DNA of 63,263 nucleotides. Origin: a virus (lineage: Duplodnaviria; Caudoviricetes). Location: positions 1-63,263 of IMG/VR virus record IMGVR_UViG_3300011334_000158; one strand, written 5' to 3'. Below are positions 19,398 to 27,043 of this stretch, in pieces. Position 1 is the first letter of the stretch, and the number at the start of each line of letters is the position of its first letter. Below the pieces are notes generated by a model. That model saw only the letters and a list, made by a program, of their open reading frames with translations, did not search any database and was not told the DNA's origin. The translations under genes and the position numbers were made by a program.

Positions 19398-20195
19398 TTA
19401 CTTATTTAATTTTTTTTGTAACATGGCTACTTGCTTCATGAGTTGCGCATTTTCTCGTTGGAATTGATCACGCGAAGTAGTAACGGCTTTTAAGTCTATC
19501 TCAAGTAAACGAATTTGTGCGCGCAAATCTTTAATAATTGATTGTGCTTTTTCTTTTTCAATATCATCAGAACTTGCGGCAAGTGCAACTGTTAGTTGAT
19601 CTTTTAAGTCTTCATTTTCTTTCTGTAAATTATCTGTTGCTGCTTTCTGCATCTCTGCATCTACTGCTGCTTTATCGAACGGCTCTTCTTGATATGCTTT
19701 GCTATCGGCTTTGGGCTTCATGGTCTGCTGCTTACCATCGCGGTGATACTTTGTATCTACCTTGGTCGCACTCATTTCTTTGCGAACCGTAGCAACTAAC
19801 CCGTGGCTTACATCGCAGATGCGCGCTATCTCTCTATCACTAAACTCTTGCCATTCAATATCATTCAACATCGTAGTGACTGCTTTGCGGCGATCCGCAG
19901 AATTCGGGCGGCGACCGTGCTTACTGTTAGCAGAAAAGCTAAATAGAATTGCATCCCGTAATGTTCCTTCTACTACCTTTGCATTGATATTGGGAGAGCC
20001 AGCCTTGCGATTAGCAAAGTATCTGTGAAATCCATCTGCCAAGAAATACTCTGCGCCGTCATAGAAAAGCGTGACCGGATCAAATACTGTTCCTTGTTTT
20101 AATAGGTCTGTGTACTCTGCTACCAGTTCTTGATCAATCTTCGCTCGTGCTTGAGTACCTGCGTCAATTACAATGTTATCTAAATTTATATTCAT
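19398..20195 (-). CDS. ParB/Srx-like nuclease domain + HTH + coiled coil
   Basis: YFLADGFHRY, SANSKHG, SDREIARICDVSH. Confidence 0.8.
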   Translation of the reverse strand: MNINLDNIVIDAGTQARAKIDQELVAEYTDLLKQGTVFDPVTLFYDGAEYFLADGFHRYFANRKAGSPNINAKVVEGTLRDAILFSFSANSKHGRRPNSADRRKAVTTMLNDIEWQEFSDREIARICDVSHGLVATVRKEMSATKVDTKYHRDGKQQTMKPKADSKAYQEEPFDKAAVDAEMQKAATDNLQKENEDLKDQLTVALAASSDDIEKEKAQSIIKDLRAQIRLLEIDLKAVTTSRDQFQRENAQLMKQVAMLQKKLNK

Positions 20196-20302
20196 TCTAT
20201 TTCCTCAAGTAAATATGCAACGCAAGCTGCAATTATTAACAACAAAGTACCCATGCCAATCATGATCCCGCCCAACAAAGTTAATAGTTCAAATGTCTCC
20301 AT
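20192..20302 (-). CDS. 36-aa membrane peptide (METFELLTLLGG...)
   Basis: Translated by hand; overlaps both neighbours. Confidence 0.5.
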   Translation of the reverse strand: METFELLTLLGGIMIGMGTLLLIIAACVAYLLEEIE

Positions 20303-21425
20303 GTTGATCTCCGTACATCGTGATTATGTTTCCATCGTACCCATCTAATGATTTGATAATGTGATCTGCAAAGTTATGAGCCAAGATGATTAGGTTGTCT
20401 GGCTTCTCATACCGCAGAACATCTCTTGCTACTACCTGCAACCCAGTGCCTGGCATCCACTTGCCCTCTTTAGCAGGCGTATCGTCTACGATGTATAGAT
20501 ACTTATCGCTTGCTTGTAGATCCAACGCATTCAGATATACACAACCCTTTGCTGCTGCTCCGAAGAACGCTACCGTGCCGTCCAAGTTCTCAATGATTTC
20601 CTTGTCTCTCTTAATCTTGTCGGCAACTCTGTCATTCCAACCCTGATAATCAAAATCAATTTCTTTTTCTACATACTTGGCGTAGTCAAACTTGTACCAA
20701 CTATCTTTATCTTTTCTTATGAGTAACCTCAGACTGCCGCCGTGAATGTAGTGCTCTTCTACATGCACCACTTCTAAGTGATACATGCTGAGGAGTTTGA
20801 TAAGCGGAGTCATCAACCAATAGAAATAATGCTCGTGATAAAACTGGTCGAACTGCAAAGTCTTGAGTGTGTTTAGTGTGTACGGAAACTCTAACAGCCA
20901 GATGCCGTCATCATGTAGATGTTTAACTATCGCGGATAAGAATTTATGTACGTCACTTGTATGTTGGAACACGTTAGTGCTAGTGATAATGTCTGCGGTA
21001 GGCAGATCCATGTCAGGACTGAAGTACCCCTCTACGTATTTGATGCCCGCAGATTCATTGTCTTCCCTCATGCTACTACTGGCGTCCACGTTGATAAGAT
21101 TCTGTATGCCCATCGTGCGGCGAAATGATTTCAGCAACGTCCCGTCATTACCACCTACATCAATCACCGTACCCCTGCGGCTGCCAACAAATAGCTCTGC
21201 CATGTCGTCACAATGTTTTACATACGGTATGTTGACACCCGACCTATACAGGTAGTGACCGTACAACTCATCCGGCGTTACGGTAGATTCTTCATCTAAG
21301 TTGATAAGCATATCGTCTGCCATCTCAGCTCGCAGGCGATACCTTTTTACAGATAGAGAATCTTCTTTCGTCTCACATAAATTGTTGACGAGTGGCTGCG
21401 TACCTAGATCGAGTAATGTCTTCAT
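20289..21425 (-). CDS. NDP-sugar C-methyltransferase (TylCIII/EryBIII/TcaB9-like)
   Basis: LDLGTQPLVN, VIDVGGNDGTLL, FDQFYHEH, HGGSLR, FGAAAKG, VDDTPAKEG, ILAHNF. Confidence 0.85.
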   Translation of the reverse strand: MKTLLDLGTQPLVNNLCETKEDSLSVKRYRLRAEMADDMLINLDEESTVTPDELYGHYLYRSGVNIPYVKHCDDMAELFVGSRRGTVIDVGGNDGTLLKSFRRTMGIQNLINVDASSSMREDNESAGIKYVEGYFSPDMDLPTADIITSTNVFQHTSDVHKFLSAIVKHLHDDGIWLLEFPYTLNTLKTLQFDQFYHEHYFYWLMTPLIKLLSMYHLEVVHVEEHYIHGGSLRLLIRKDKDSWYKFDYAKYVEKEIDFDYQGWNDRVADKIKRDKEIIENLDGTVAFFGAAAKGCVYLNALDLQASDKYLYIVDDTPAKEGKWMPGTGLQVVARDVLRYEKPDNLIILAHNFADHIIKSLDGYDGNIITMYGDQHGDI

Positions 21426-22543
21426 AGAAATATATATCGGTGAACGGGGCTAACGGTGGAATAACTTACATCATCACGGTTCCACATTACTGCGTTGATG
21501 AAGTTAGTAGATGGACAGGCAACCAACTCTGTCGCATTACACATCATGTAAAAATTATCATAGACAACCTGCGCATCTACGATTTGTTTCCAGTCATGGT
21601 AATAACCATTTTGTGTGCGCTTAGTTATGTTCTTAACTCCGGCGTCCATCTGCGCATACTTCTCTGCCAACGCCCATTCATCTGACAGCACTACCCGACT
21701 CTGCACCCTGCGCTTTAGATCAATCAGGTTTCTTTTCAGTAGATCCGTGGGTTGATGAATAGTCTCAACCATTAACTTATCCCCGCCGCGCAGATAGAAG
21801 ATGCCGTTGTTTAAATCAAAGTTGACTACCTTCTGCTGCCTGAACATGCACTTATAAATCTTTTGGTACATGTGTATTTTGAAAACCATGAACTCATTTA
21901 TTACGTTAATTCTTTGCTCATTCAAAATCTCGCTGCGCATCTTAGCAAAGTCAATCTCGTACTCAGACCTAACCTCATTCGTTGTTTCCCATACGTCACC
22001 AAATACATCTTCAAACTTAGGACTGTAAGCCCACCAAAAAAGGGTAGTGCTAACAAGTAACTTCTTGCCTGACCTGTGCGCTATCCAACTGGCGTTAATT
22101 AAGTTCTCTATGTTAGAAAAGAATCCGCTGTGCGGCGGCTTATACAAAAGATAGTCATCATAATTCTCAGAGAACTCCCTTTCTCCCATGGGCTTGCCCT
22201 GATAAAGCTCGTAAATGTTGTAGTCCACACCCCATAGATTCCATGAATGCTCCAACCCCATGCAGCCAGTCAGCTCCTGCCGTTCAAAGAAATTAGTTGG
22301 CAATACTTTGGGTAGGTACTTCTTGGTAAAGTTAAAATCCACCTTACCCCAAAAATATAGCCTGGCTACAAACAACGGCAGCCTGGTACTAAGCGGAAAG
22401 GTTGCTGCTATGCGCATGAACCTGCCTATAGTCTGCGGGCAGTCTCCGTCTATCTCTTGAGCCAATGCAACTACAAGCTCAGAGTAATACTTGTGAAACT
22501 CCAGTGATTCGTCTGGCGCTCTATATCTGTTGAACTGGATCAT
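21422..22543 (-). CDS. Putative fucosyltransferase-superfamily glycosyltransferase (GT11/GT23/NodZ-like)
   Basis: SGFFSN, YLRGGDK (motif I), VLSD (motif II), D..MM...ACPSTNF (motif III). Confidence 0.55.
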   Translation of the reverse strand: MIQFNRYRAPDESLEFHKYYSELVVALAQEIDGDCPQTIGRFMRIAATFPLSTRLPLFVARLYFWGKVDFNFTKKYLPKVLPTNFFERQELTGCMGLEHSWNLWGVDYNIYELYQGKPMGEREFSENYDDYLLYKPPHSGFFSNIENLINASWIAHRSGKKLLVSTTLFWWAYSPKFEDVFGDVWETTNEVRSEYEIDFAKMRSEILNEQRINVINEFMVFKIHMYQKIYKCMFRQQKVVNFDLNNGIFYLRGGDKLMVETIHQPTDLLKRNLIDLKRRVQSRVVLSDEWALAEKYAQMDAGVKNITKRTQNGYYHDWKQIVDAQVVYDNFYMMCNATELVACPSTNFINAVMWNRDDVSYSTVSPVHRYIFL

Positions 22544-23022
22544 GCGTTAACCCCTTCACGCCGATCACTTACGCGACGGGTGATGACCCGCTCCAAACGA
22601 TCAAGGATTTCTTCTGTTTCTGTGTCCAACAAATTTACTTGCTTCTTCCACTTCAGCAATGTGAGGTGCATGTCATGGAGTAACTGACCTTTCTGCTGGT
22701 CATCTGACAGAACATTAGCCGTTAAGCGATAGCCACCGCCCTCGTATTGATCAGTAGATAAACTGACGAACGCACGAATAGGAACGTCTGGCGCTTTCTC
22801 AATAGTCACTACGCACTTCTGGATAAGCTGCCTTGCCTGCATCTTACGATACGCTTCTGCGGCCTTGTCATCATCCCACTGAAAATGTTTATGAAGAATT
22901 GACTTAGGATTTCTAGCCTCATCCAGTACATCATCAACCATCAACAGACCGCCATTCTTGTTGGCAATCTTTTCCAATAGCTTGCGCTCTTCTGCTAGTG
23001 CTTCTGCTTTCATTACTTCCAT
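22540..23022 (-). CDS. 160-aa protein downstream of the pentamer array; candidate partner of the RAMP protein
   Basis: SD AAGGAG; NGGLL..DVLDEARNPKSILHKHFQWDD..AA..YR..QARQLI. Confidence 0.8.
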   Translation of the reverse strand: MEVMKAEALAEERKLLEKIANKNGGLLMVDDVLDEARNPKSILHKHFQWDDDKAAEAYRKMQARQLIQKCVVTIEKAPDVPIRAFVSLSTDQYEGGGYRLTANVLSDDQQKGQLLHDMHLTLLKWKKQVNLLDTETEEILDRLERVITRRVSDRREGVNA

Positions 23023-23040
23023 GTTGATCTCCTTTAAGTT

Positions 23041-23440
23041 TGCCTGCTATACCTTACCCCGCCTCACCGCACCATTCCACAACAAACCTCGCCATACCTG
23101 CCGCACCACTCCTAACGCCACCTTGCGCCGCCTAACCCCACCTGCCTTACCTCACCGTGCCCAACCTTATCCCGCCTCACCTGCCATCCATACCAAACGA
23201 TGCCCGAACACACCCCGCCCAGCCATGCCGTACCCCACCTGCCTTAACTCACCAAACCGCTCCTCGCTTTACCAGGCCATTCCCCGCCTGCCATAACGAA
23301 CCGCACCGTGCCCCGCCCAGCCGGAACTTGCCTGCCTTAACGAACCAATCCGCGCAGCGCCGCACCATACCCCAACAAACCTCGCCTGACCTGCCTTGCC
23401 CAACCGGGCCGGATCGCAACTCACCACGACGGGCCTGCCT
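23041..23440 (-). ncRNA. Array of 8 units of GGY-NN pentamers separated by GGCA; putative guide-RNA array
   Basis: Parsed by hand: GGCAGG delimiters at 23434, 23390, 23331, 23287, 23238, 23180, 23141, 23097 and AGCAGG at 23043; 71 pentamers, 50 exactly GGY-NN and the rest one mismatch away. Confidence 0.85.
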
Positions 23441-23443
23441 TAA

Positions 23444-24115
23444 TTACTTAATGCCGAATTTCTTTACGACTTCTTTTTCTTTGTCGTTAGGCACAATTTC
23501 AAACGTACCGAAACCACAGCCAGCCGAAGCCTTAGAGTCAGGACGTCCTGCCCCTATACCCACCTGCAACCCAACGCGGCTGACTAAGTTGTAGACATCT
23601 TGTGCCGTGAACTGATCCGAATCAAAACGTATACGCAAACGTGCTGCCCACTCGCGGTACATGGGACGGCTGCGGACATCAACCACGCCCGTAGCGTTGC
23701 GTGTATGAGCGGTATAGGTTTCGCTAGTGCCGTAGATACGGATAAGCGGAATGCCATCTTGTAAATCGAAGCCGTCAGCCACAACAAATGTTGATAGCTT
23801 GGCGAGTGTCATCTTGAAACCCACTAAACGACATGCACTGATCATACCGGCGCGGAAAGCAGCAGCGTTCATACCCTCCCAGTTTTCTTCCGAGCGGTAA
23901 CGTGCAGCCTGTGCTTCTTTGTCATAGTCCCTAGCATCACGAACCTTTTTGCTACCGGCAGACTTACCCTCTGCCATCTTAGCCATGAGTTCTGCCTTCT
24001 TGCTAAACCGTTCCACAACTAGCGGCGCGGTACCCTGTAGCAGAACATCAACCGCCTGAAAATTGGGTGCTGAAATAACTACCGATGTTTCTTTGACTTT
24101 CATATCCATCTTCAC
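23444..24115 (-). CDS. RAMP/Cas7-like RNA-binding protein (putative effector for the array)
   Basis: N-terminal strand VDVLLQGTAPLVV; MNAAAFRAGMISA helix (compare RAMP IPGSSLKG); C-terminal Gly-rich loop GLQVGIGAGRPDSKASAGCGFGTF. Confidence 0.7.
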   Translation of the reverse strand: MKMDMKVKETSVVISAPNFQAVDVLLQGTAPLVVERFSKKAELMAKMAEGKSAGSKKVRDARDYDKEAQAARYRSEENWEGMNAAAFRAGMISACRLVGFKMTLAKLSTFVVADGFDLQDGIPLIRIYGTSETYTAHTRNATGVVDVRSRPMYREWAARLRIRFDSDQFTAQDVYNLVSRVGLQVGIGAGRPDSKASAGCGFGTFEIVPNDKEKEVVKKFGIK

Positions 24116-24282
24116 TCTCCTTTTAATATAGCCGTAGCTATAGCTTCAGCAGGGTTATCCTGCCAATCCCTGTAATAGTGGCAAATGATTGCCGCTCTCT
24201 CCCTTTCCCGCTCTACTACCGACTGCTCTAGCCGATCCGCAAACTCCCGCAGATGTTCTTTGATCCACTCTCCTTCTTTCAT
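24112..24282 (-). CDS. 56-aa hypothetical protein (MKEGEWIKEH...ERERAAIIC)
   Basis: Translated by hand; SD AAGGAGG; GTGA overlap with the RAMP gene start. Confidence 0.65.
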   Translation of the reverse strand: MKEGEWIKEHLREFADRLEQSVVERERERAAIICHYYRDWQDNPAEAIATAILKGE

Positions 24283-24303
24283 ATCACCCCTCCTTTAAGG
24301 CAA

Positions 24304-24332
24304 ACATTACTACCAGAATTATTCCATGTCAA
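24304..24332 (-). promoter_or_regulatory. Sigma70 promoter of the RAMP-array-replication operon
   Basis: TTGACA-17-TAATGT. Confidence 0.75.
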
Positions 24333-24667
24333 CAGTTAGTTCCTGCCTGCTCACATCTATTGCATCATCAGCTTCTAGGTTCCCCATGGGTGATAGCCCA
24401 CCCCTAAGTGCGAAGCACGCGATTAGGGAACTATCACTCCATGCCCATATCCGTACTGCTGGATACTAGCAACCCTGTAAGGCAGCGATTATCTCGATGG
24501 AAGGTATGTCTCACCACTGGCCCTTCCCTCTTGTGCCATCCCTCACTGACAGGTGGCGTGGTTAGCAGGCGGGTTAGACCTCTACCAGTGTATTCTGCCC
24601 GGCAGCCCATGCAGGCTCACAAACTATCGTGGGACGGGACGCCCGGTTAACTGCCGGGACAGGTAAC

Positions 24668-24934
24668 TTACTTCAACGGCTCATCAACAATCTTCCCGCG
24701 CTCAATACCTACACGGTGTTTGATCTCAACGGCGTAATACGTGTAATCCAAATGACCATTAGACACTCTGTTTGCGGCATATTTGCGGCAGCATTCTATG
24801 GCTGACTCAAGTGAATCGTGCAGGAATTTAAAATTGGCGCGAAGACCAGATGGAGACCGAGTAAATACGGCGTACTTTGGAGATGTTGCTTCGTGCAATT
24901 GCAGCACGGCTTGTCTTCTGGTTGGCTCTTCCAC
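24668..24934 (-). CDS. Hypothetical protein
   Basis: SD-like AAGGGA before GTG; follows the structured leader. Confidence 0.55.
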   Translation of the reverse strand: MEEPTRRQAVLQLHEATSPKYAVFTRSPSGLRANFKFLHDSLESAIECCRKYAANRVSNGHLDYTYYAVEIKHRVGIERGKIVDEPLK

Positions 24935-24961
24935 GTTCCCATCCCTTAGTTATGGTTGCGG

Positions 24962-25072
24962 AGGCCGTAAAAAAACCCTTAAATCTTGGCTCTCCGTGTG
25001 CATGCACGTTCCCTTTCGGGTGAGAACCAATACTTAAAGGTTTTGGTTTTTATCGCCGCATGCACAGTAACG
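24962..25072 (-). ncRNA. Structured leader / c4-antisense-like RNA with a terminator-like end
   Basis: Long stem aaaacctttaag..ttggttctc / gagagccaa..ttaagggtttt with an internal CCC-GAAA-GGG hairpin; alternative pairing tgtgcatgc/gcatgcaca; U-run. Confidence 0.5.
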
Positions 25073-25078
25073 GAGAGA

Positions 25079-25107
25079 ATAATAGGACAAGTCCCAGTTT
25101 TTTGCAA
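25079..25107 (-). promoter_or_regulatory. Sigma70 promoter
   Basis: TTGCAA-17-TATTAT. Confidence 0.65.
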
Positions 25108-25113
25108 GCGTAC

Positions 25114-25146
25114 AAAAAAAGAACCCCGCCGAAGGGTAAGCGGGGC
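25114..25146 (-). terminator. Rho-independent terminator
   Basis: ccccgc-10nt-gcgggg followed by ttcttttttt on the minus strand. Confidence 0.55.
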
Positions 25147-25268
25147 GAAAGACCGTCCCTACGGCCTCATGAAAAGGTACTAGCCCACCGACAAGGAGAT
25201 CACAGCATAGGGGAGTAAAGGTCGGCGGGCTTTCCCAATACAACAATACCACAACGCTACTTAAAAAC

Positions 25269-25320
25269 AAATGTTGTCAAGTGGTTACTGGTCGATTTAC
25301 CAGTAACCGTTTGATAACAT
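25269..25320. promoter_or_regulatory. 50-bp imperfect palindrome, copy 2
   Basis: atgttgtcaa-gt-ggttactggt-cgattt-accagtaacc-gt-ttgataacat. Confidence 0.75.
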
Positions 25321-25350
25321 ACAATACTTATAATCATGTGCAAATACCTG

Positions 25351-25379
25351 TTGACCTGTCCTAAATGTAGGTTTATTAT
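25351..25379 (+). promoter_or_regulatory. Sigma70 promoter of the rightward operon
   Basis: TTGACC-17-TATTAT. Confidence 0.7.
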
Positions 25380-25404
25380 AGCACTACATCTAGGGAGGGT
25401 GTAT

Positions 25405-25740
25405 ATGGGACAACGAATTATTTCTATTAAAGGCGGCCTGATTCATAAGGAAGTAAGTAAATCTGGTCGGTTGGAACTATGTATTTGTTTATGGAATGAC
25501 GGCTCTGAAATACCCAGAGATTGGCATGAACATGATGCTGATCACATGGAGTTGAAGCTAGATTTTTCGATTATGCAAATTGTTAATGACATGGTTGAAA
25601 TGCACACTGTCTATGGCAAAGGTAAGAACGTATTAGATATAGAAGACAAAGGATTGGTTGACCTTTACAAGAAAGAACTACAAGAGGCAATCGACAGGTT
25701 AAACACCATCAAGTTTGTGGAGCCTGGCGATGACCAATAA
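25405..25740 (+). CDS. Hypothetical protein (start MGQRII)
   Basis: SD GGGAGG before the ATG at 25405; downstream of the promoter. Confidence 0.6.
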   Translation: MGQRIISIKGGLIHKEVSKSGRLELCICLWNDGSEIPRDWHEHDADHMELKLDFSIMQIVNDMVEMHTVYGKGKNVLDIEDKGLVDLYKKELQEAIDRLNTIKFVEPGDDQ

Positions 25741-26053
25741 AGAGGTTATGCAGATGGCATTGGATGCTATTTACTTGTGGCATTGGACAGGAGAAACACA
25801 TTTACTTATGCCAGCCCACGACGTACTGCGCGCAGCACTAGCGCAGCCTGAACCGGATTACGAGGCTGAGTTTATAAAAGATTGGAACGAAGGCAAAGTA
25901 AAGCGTGTAAGTGATGGGAAAAGAATGGTTCCAAAGCGCGAATGGGTAGGGCTGACGGATGAGGAATTATTGGACTTAGCAGATATGGCTTATGCAAACG
26001 ATTTAGAACTGCTACAAACCTTACAAGCCAAGTTAAAGGAGAAGAACACATGA
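25730..26053 (+). CDS. Small protein, [17 protein letters not shown] family
   Basis: Shares cassettes with neighbouring genes. Confidence 0.7.
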   Translation: MTNKEVMQMALDAIYLWHWTGETHLLMPAHDVLRAALAQPEPDYEAEFIKDWNEGKVKRVSDGKRMVPKREWVGLTDEELLDLADMAYANDLELLQTLQAKLKEKNT

Positions 26054-26253
26054 ACGCATGTCCAAAATGCGGGTTGATTACTGGAGTACATAGCAGCACA
26101 TTGCCGGGCTGTATGTGCTTGCTAACACCACAGCGCAAAGAATGGGTTAGGCTGACGGATGATGACAAGGATGAAATACGAGAGCTTGCGTACTATGAGT
26201 TTGATGATATTTCCAAGGCCATCGAAGCCAAGCTAAAGGAGAAGAACGCATGA
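26050..26253 (+). CDS. Small protein, same family, with CxxC
   Basis: ATGA coupling; [18 protein letters not shown]. Confidence 0.7.
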   Translation: MNACPKCGLITGVHSSTLPGCMCLLTPQRKEWVRLTDDDKDEIRELAYYEFDDISKAIEAKLKEKNA

Positions 26254-26846
26254 CTGATAAAGAAGTAATACAGATGGCGTTAGATGCGCTTAATAACTTT
26301 GACAAAGGCAATCACGGGATGAGATGGCAAGCCCCAGTTATTAAAGCACTACGCGCAGCACTAGCGCAGCCTAAACCCGCAGAATGTGACGGGGGACAGT
26401 GCGGCATTGGCGGGTATTGTAAGCAATGCCCAAAGACGCAACCTGAACATCCAGACGCACAAGGTTCGCCATGTCCAGAGTTTTGGAATTGGCTACCAAA
26501 AGCATACGGACAAACCGAATCGTTCTCGAAATACAACATGGAGGTTGCGTATTTAGCGGGTAAACAATCGCAGCCTGAACCGGAGCCGGTGGCGGTTGTT
26601 GGATTGGACATGTCAGAAGTTAATGTGTATTACGGCAGTCAATATTGCGGTAAAAAACAAGAAACAAAAATTGCCGTATTTTTGAAAGATGTTTTGATAG
26701 GGACTAGACTCTACACCGCCCCACCACAGCGCGAATGGGTAGGGCTGACGGATGAGGAGATTGAAAGCATTTACGCAGCGTCCAAAGATGTTAATTACGA
26801 ATATGAACGCTCCATAGAAGCAAAGCTAAAGGAGAAGAACACATGA
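26250..26846 (+). CDS. Mosaic protein, same family
   Basis: [44 protein letters not shown]. Confidence 0.7.
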   Translation: MTDKEVIQMALDALNNFDKGNHGMRWQAPVIKALRAALAQPKPAECDGGQCGIGGYCKQCPKTQPEHPDAQGSPCPEFWNWLPKAYGQTESFSKYNMEVAYLAGKQSQPEPEPVAVVGLDMSEVNVYYGSQYCGKKQETKIAVFLKDVLIGTRLYTAPPQREWVGLTDEEIESIYAASKDVNYEYERSIEAKLKEKNT

Positions 26847-27043
26847 CGTGGCAAGTATGGACAAACATAATGCAGAAGAACGGGGTTTCGACTCATGTAG
26901 TTCCATTGAATGATTTACGGGAGCATGTAGAAGACGCAACGTGTTGGTGCAACCCAAGAGTTGATGAGGAGTTGAATTTAGTTACGCACAATAGTGCAGA
27001 CAATAGAGAGGCGTTTGAAACAGGGGAAAGGAAGCCGACATGA
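26843..27043 (+). CDS. Small His/Cys protein
   Basis: HVVP.ND.REH....CWCNP....HNS.D.RE; ATGA coupling. Confidence 0.7.
   Translation: MTWQVWTNIMQKNGVSTHVVPLNDLREHVEDATCWCNPRVDEELNLVTHNSADNREAFETGERKPT

Noticed and set aside
23041-23440. Canonical CRISPR array, simple microsatellite or G-quadruplex tract
   Set aside because: There are no 23-47 nt identical repeats with unique spacers. The NN diversity and 5n+4 punctuation are not explained by slippage. G4 formation is possible but would not explain the strict phase.
22958-23594. Plus-strand Pro/Arg-rich ORFs 22958..23296 and 23157..23594
   Set aside because: Shadow ORFs of the C-rich strand of the pentamer array. A 5-nt period does not fit codon structure, and they run antisense to the operon.
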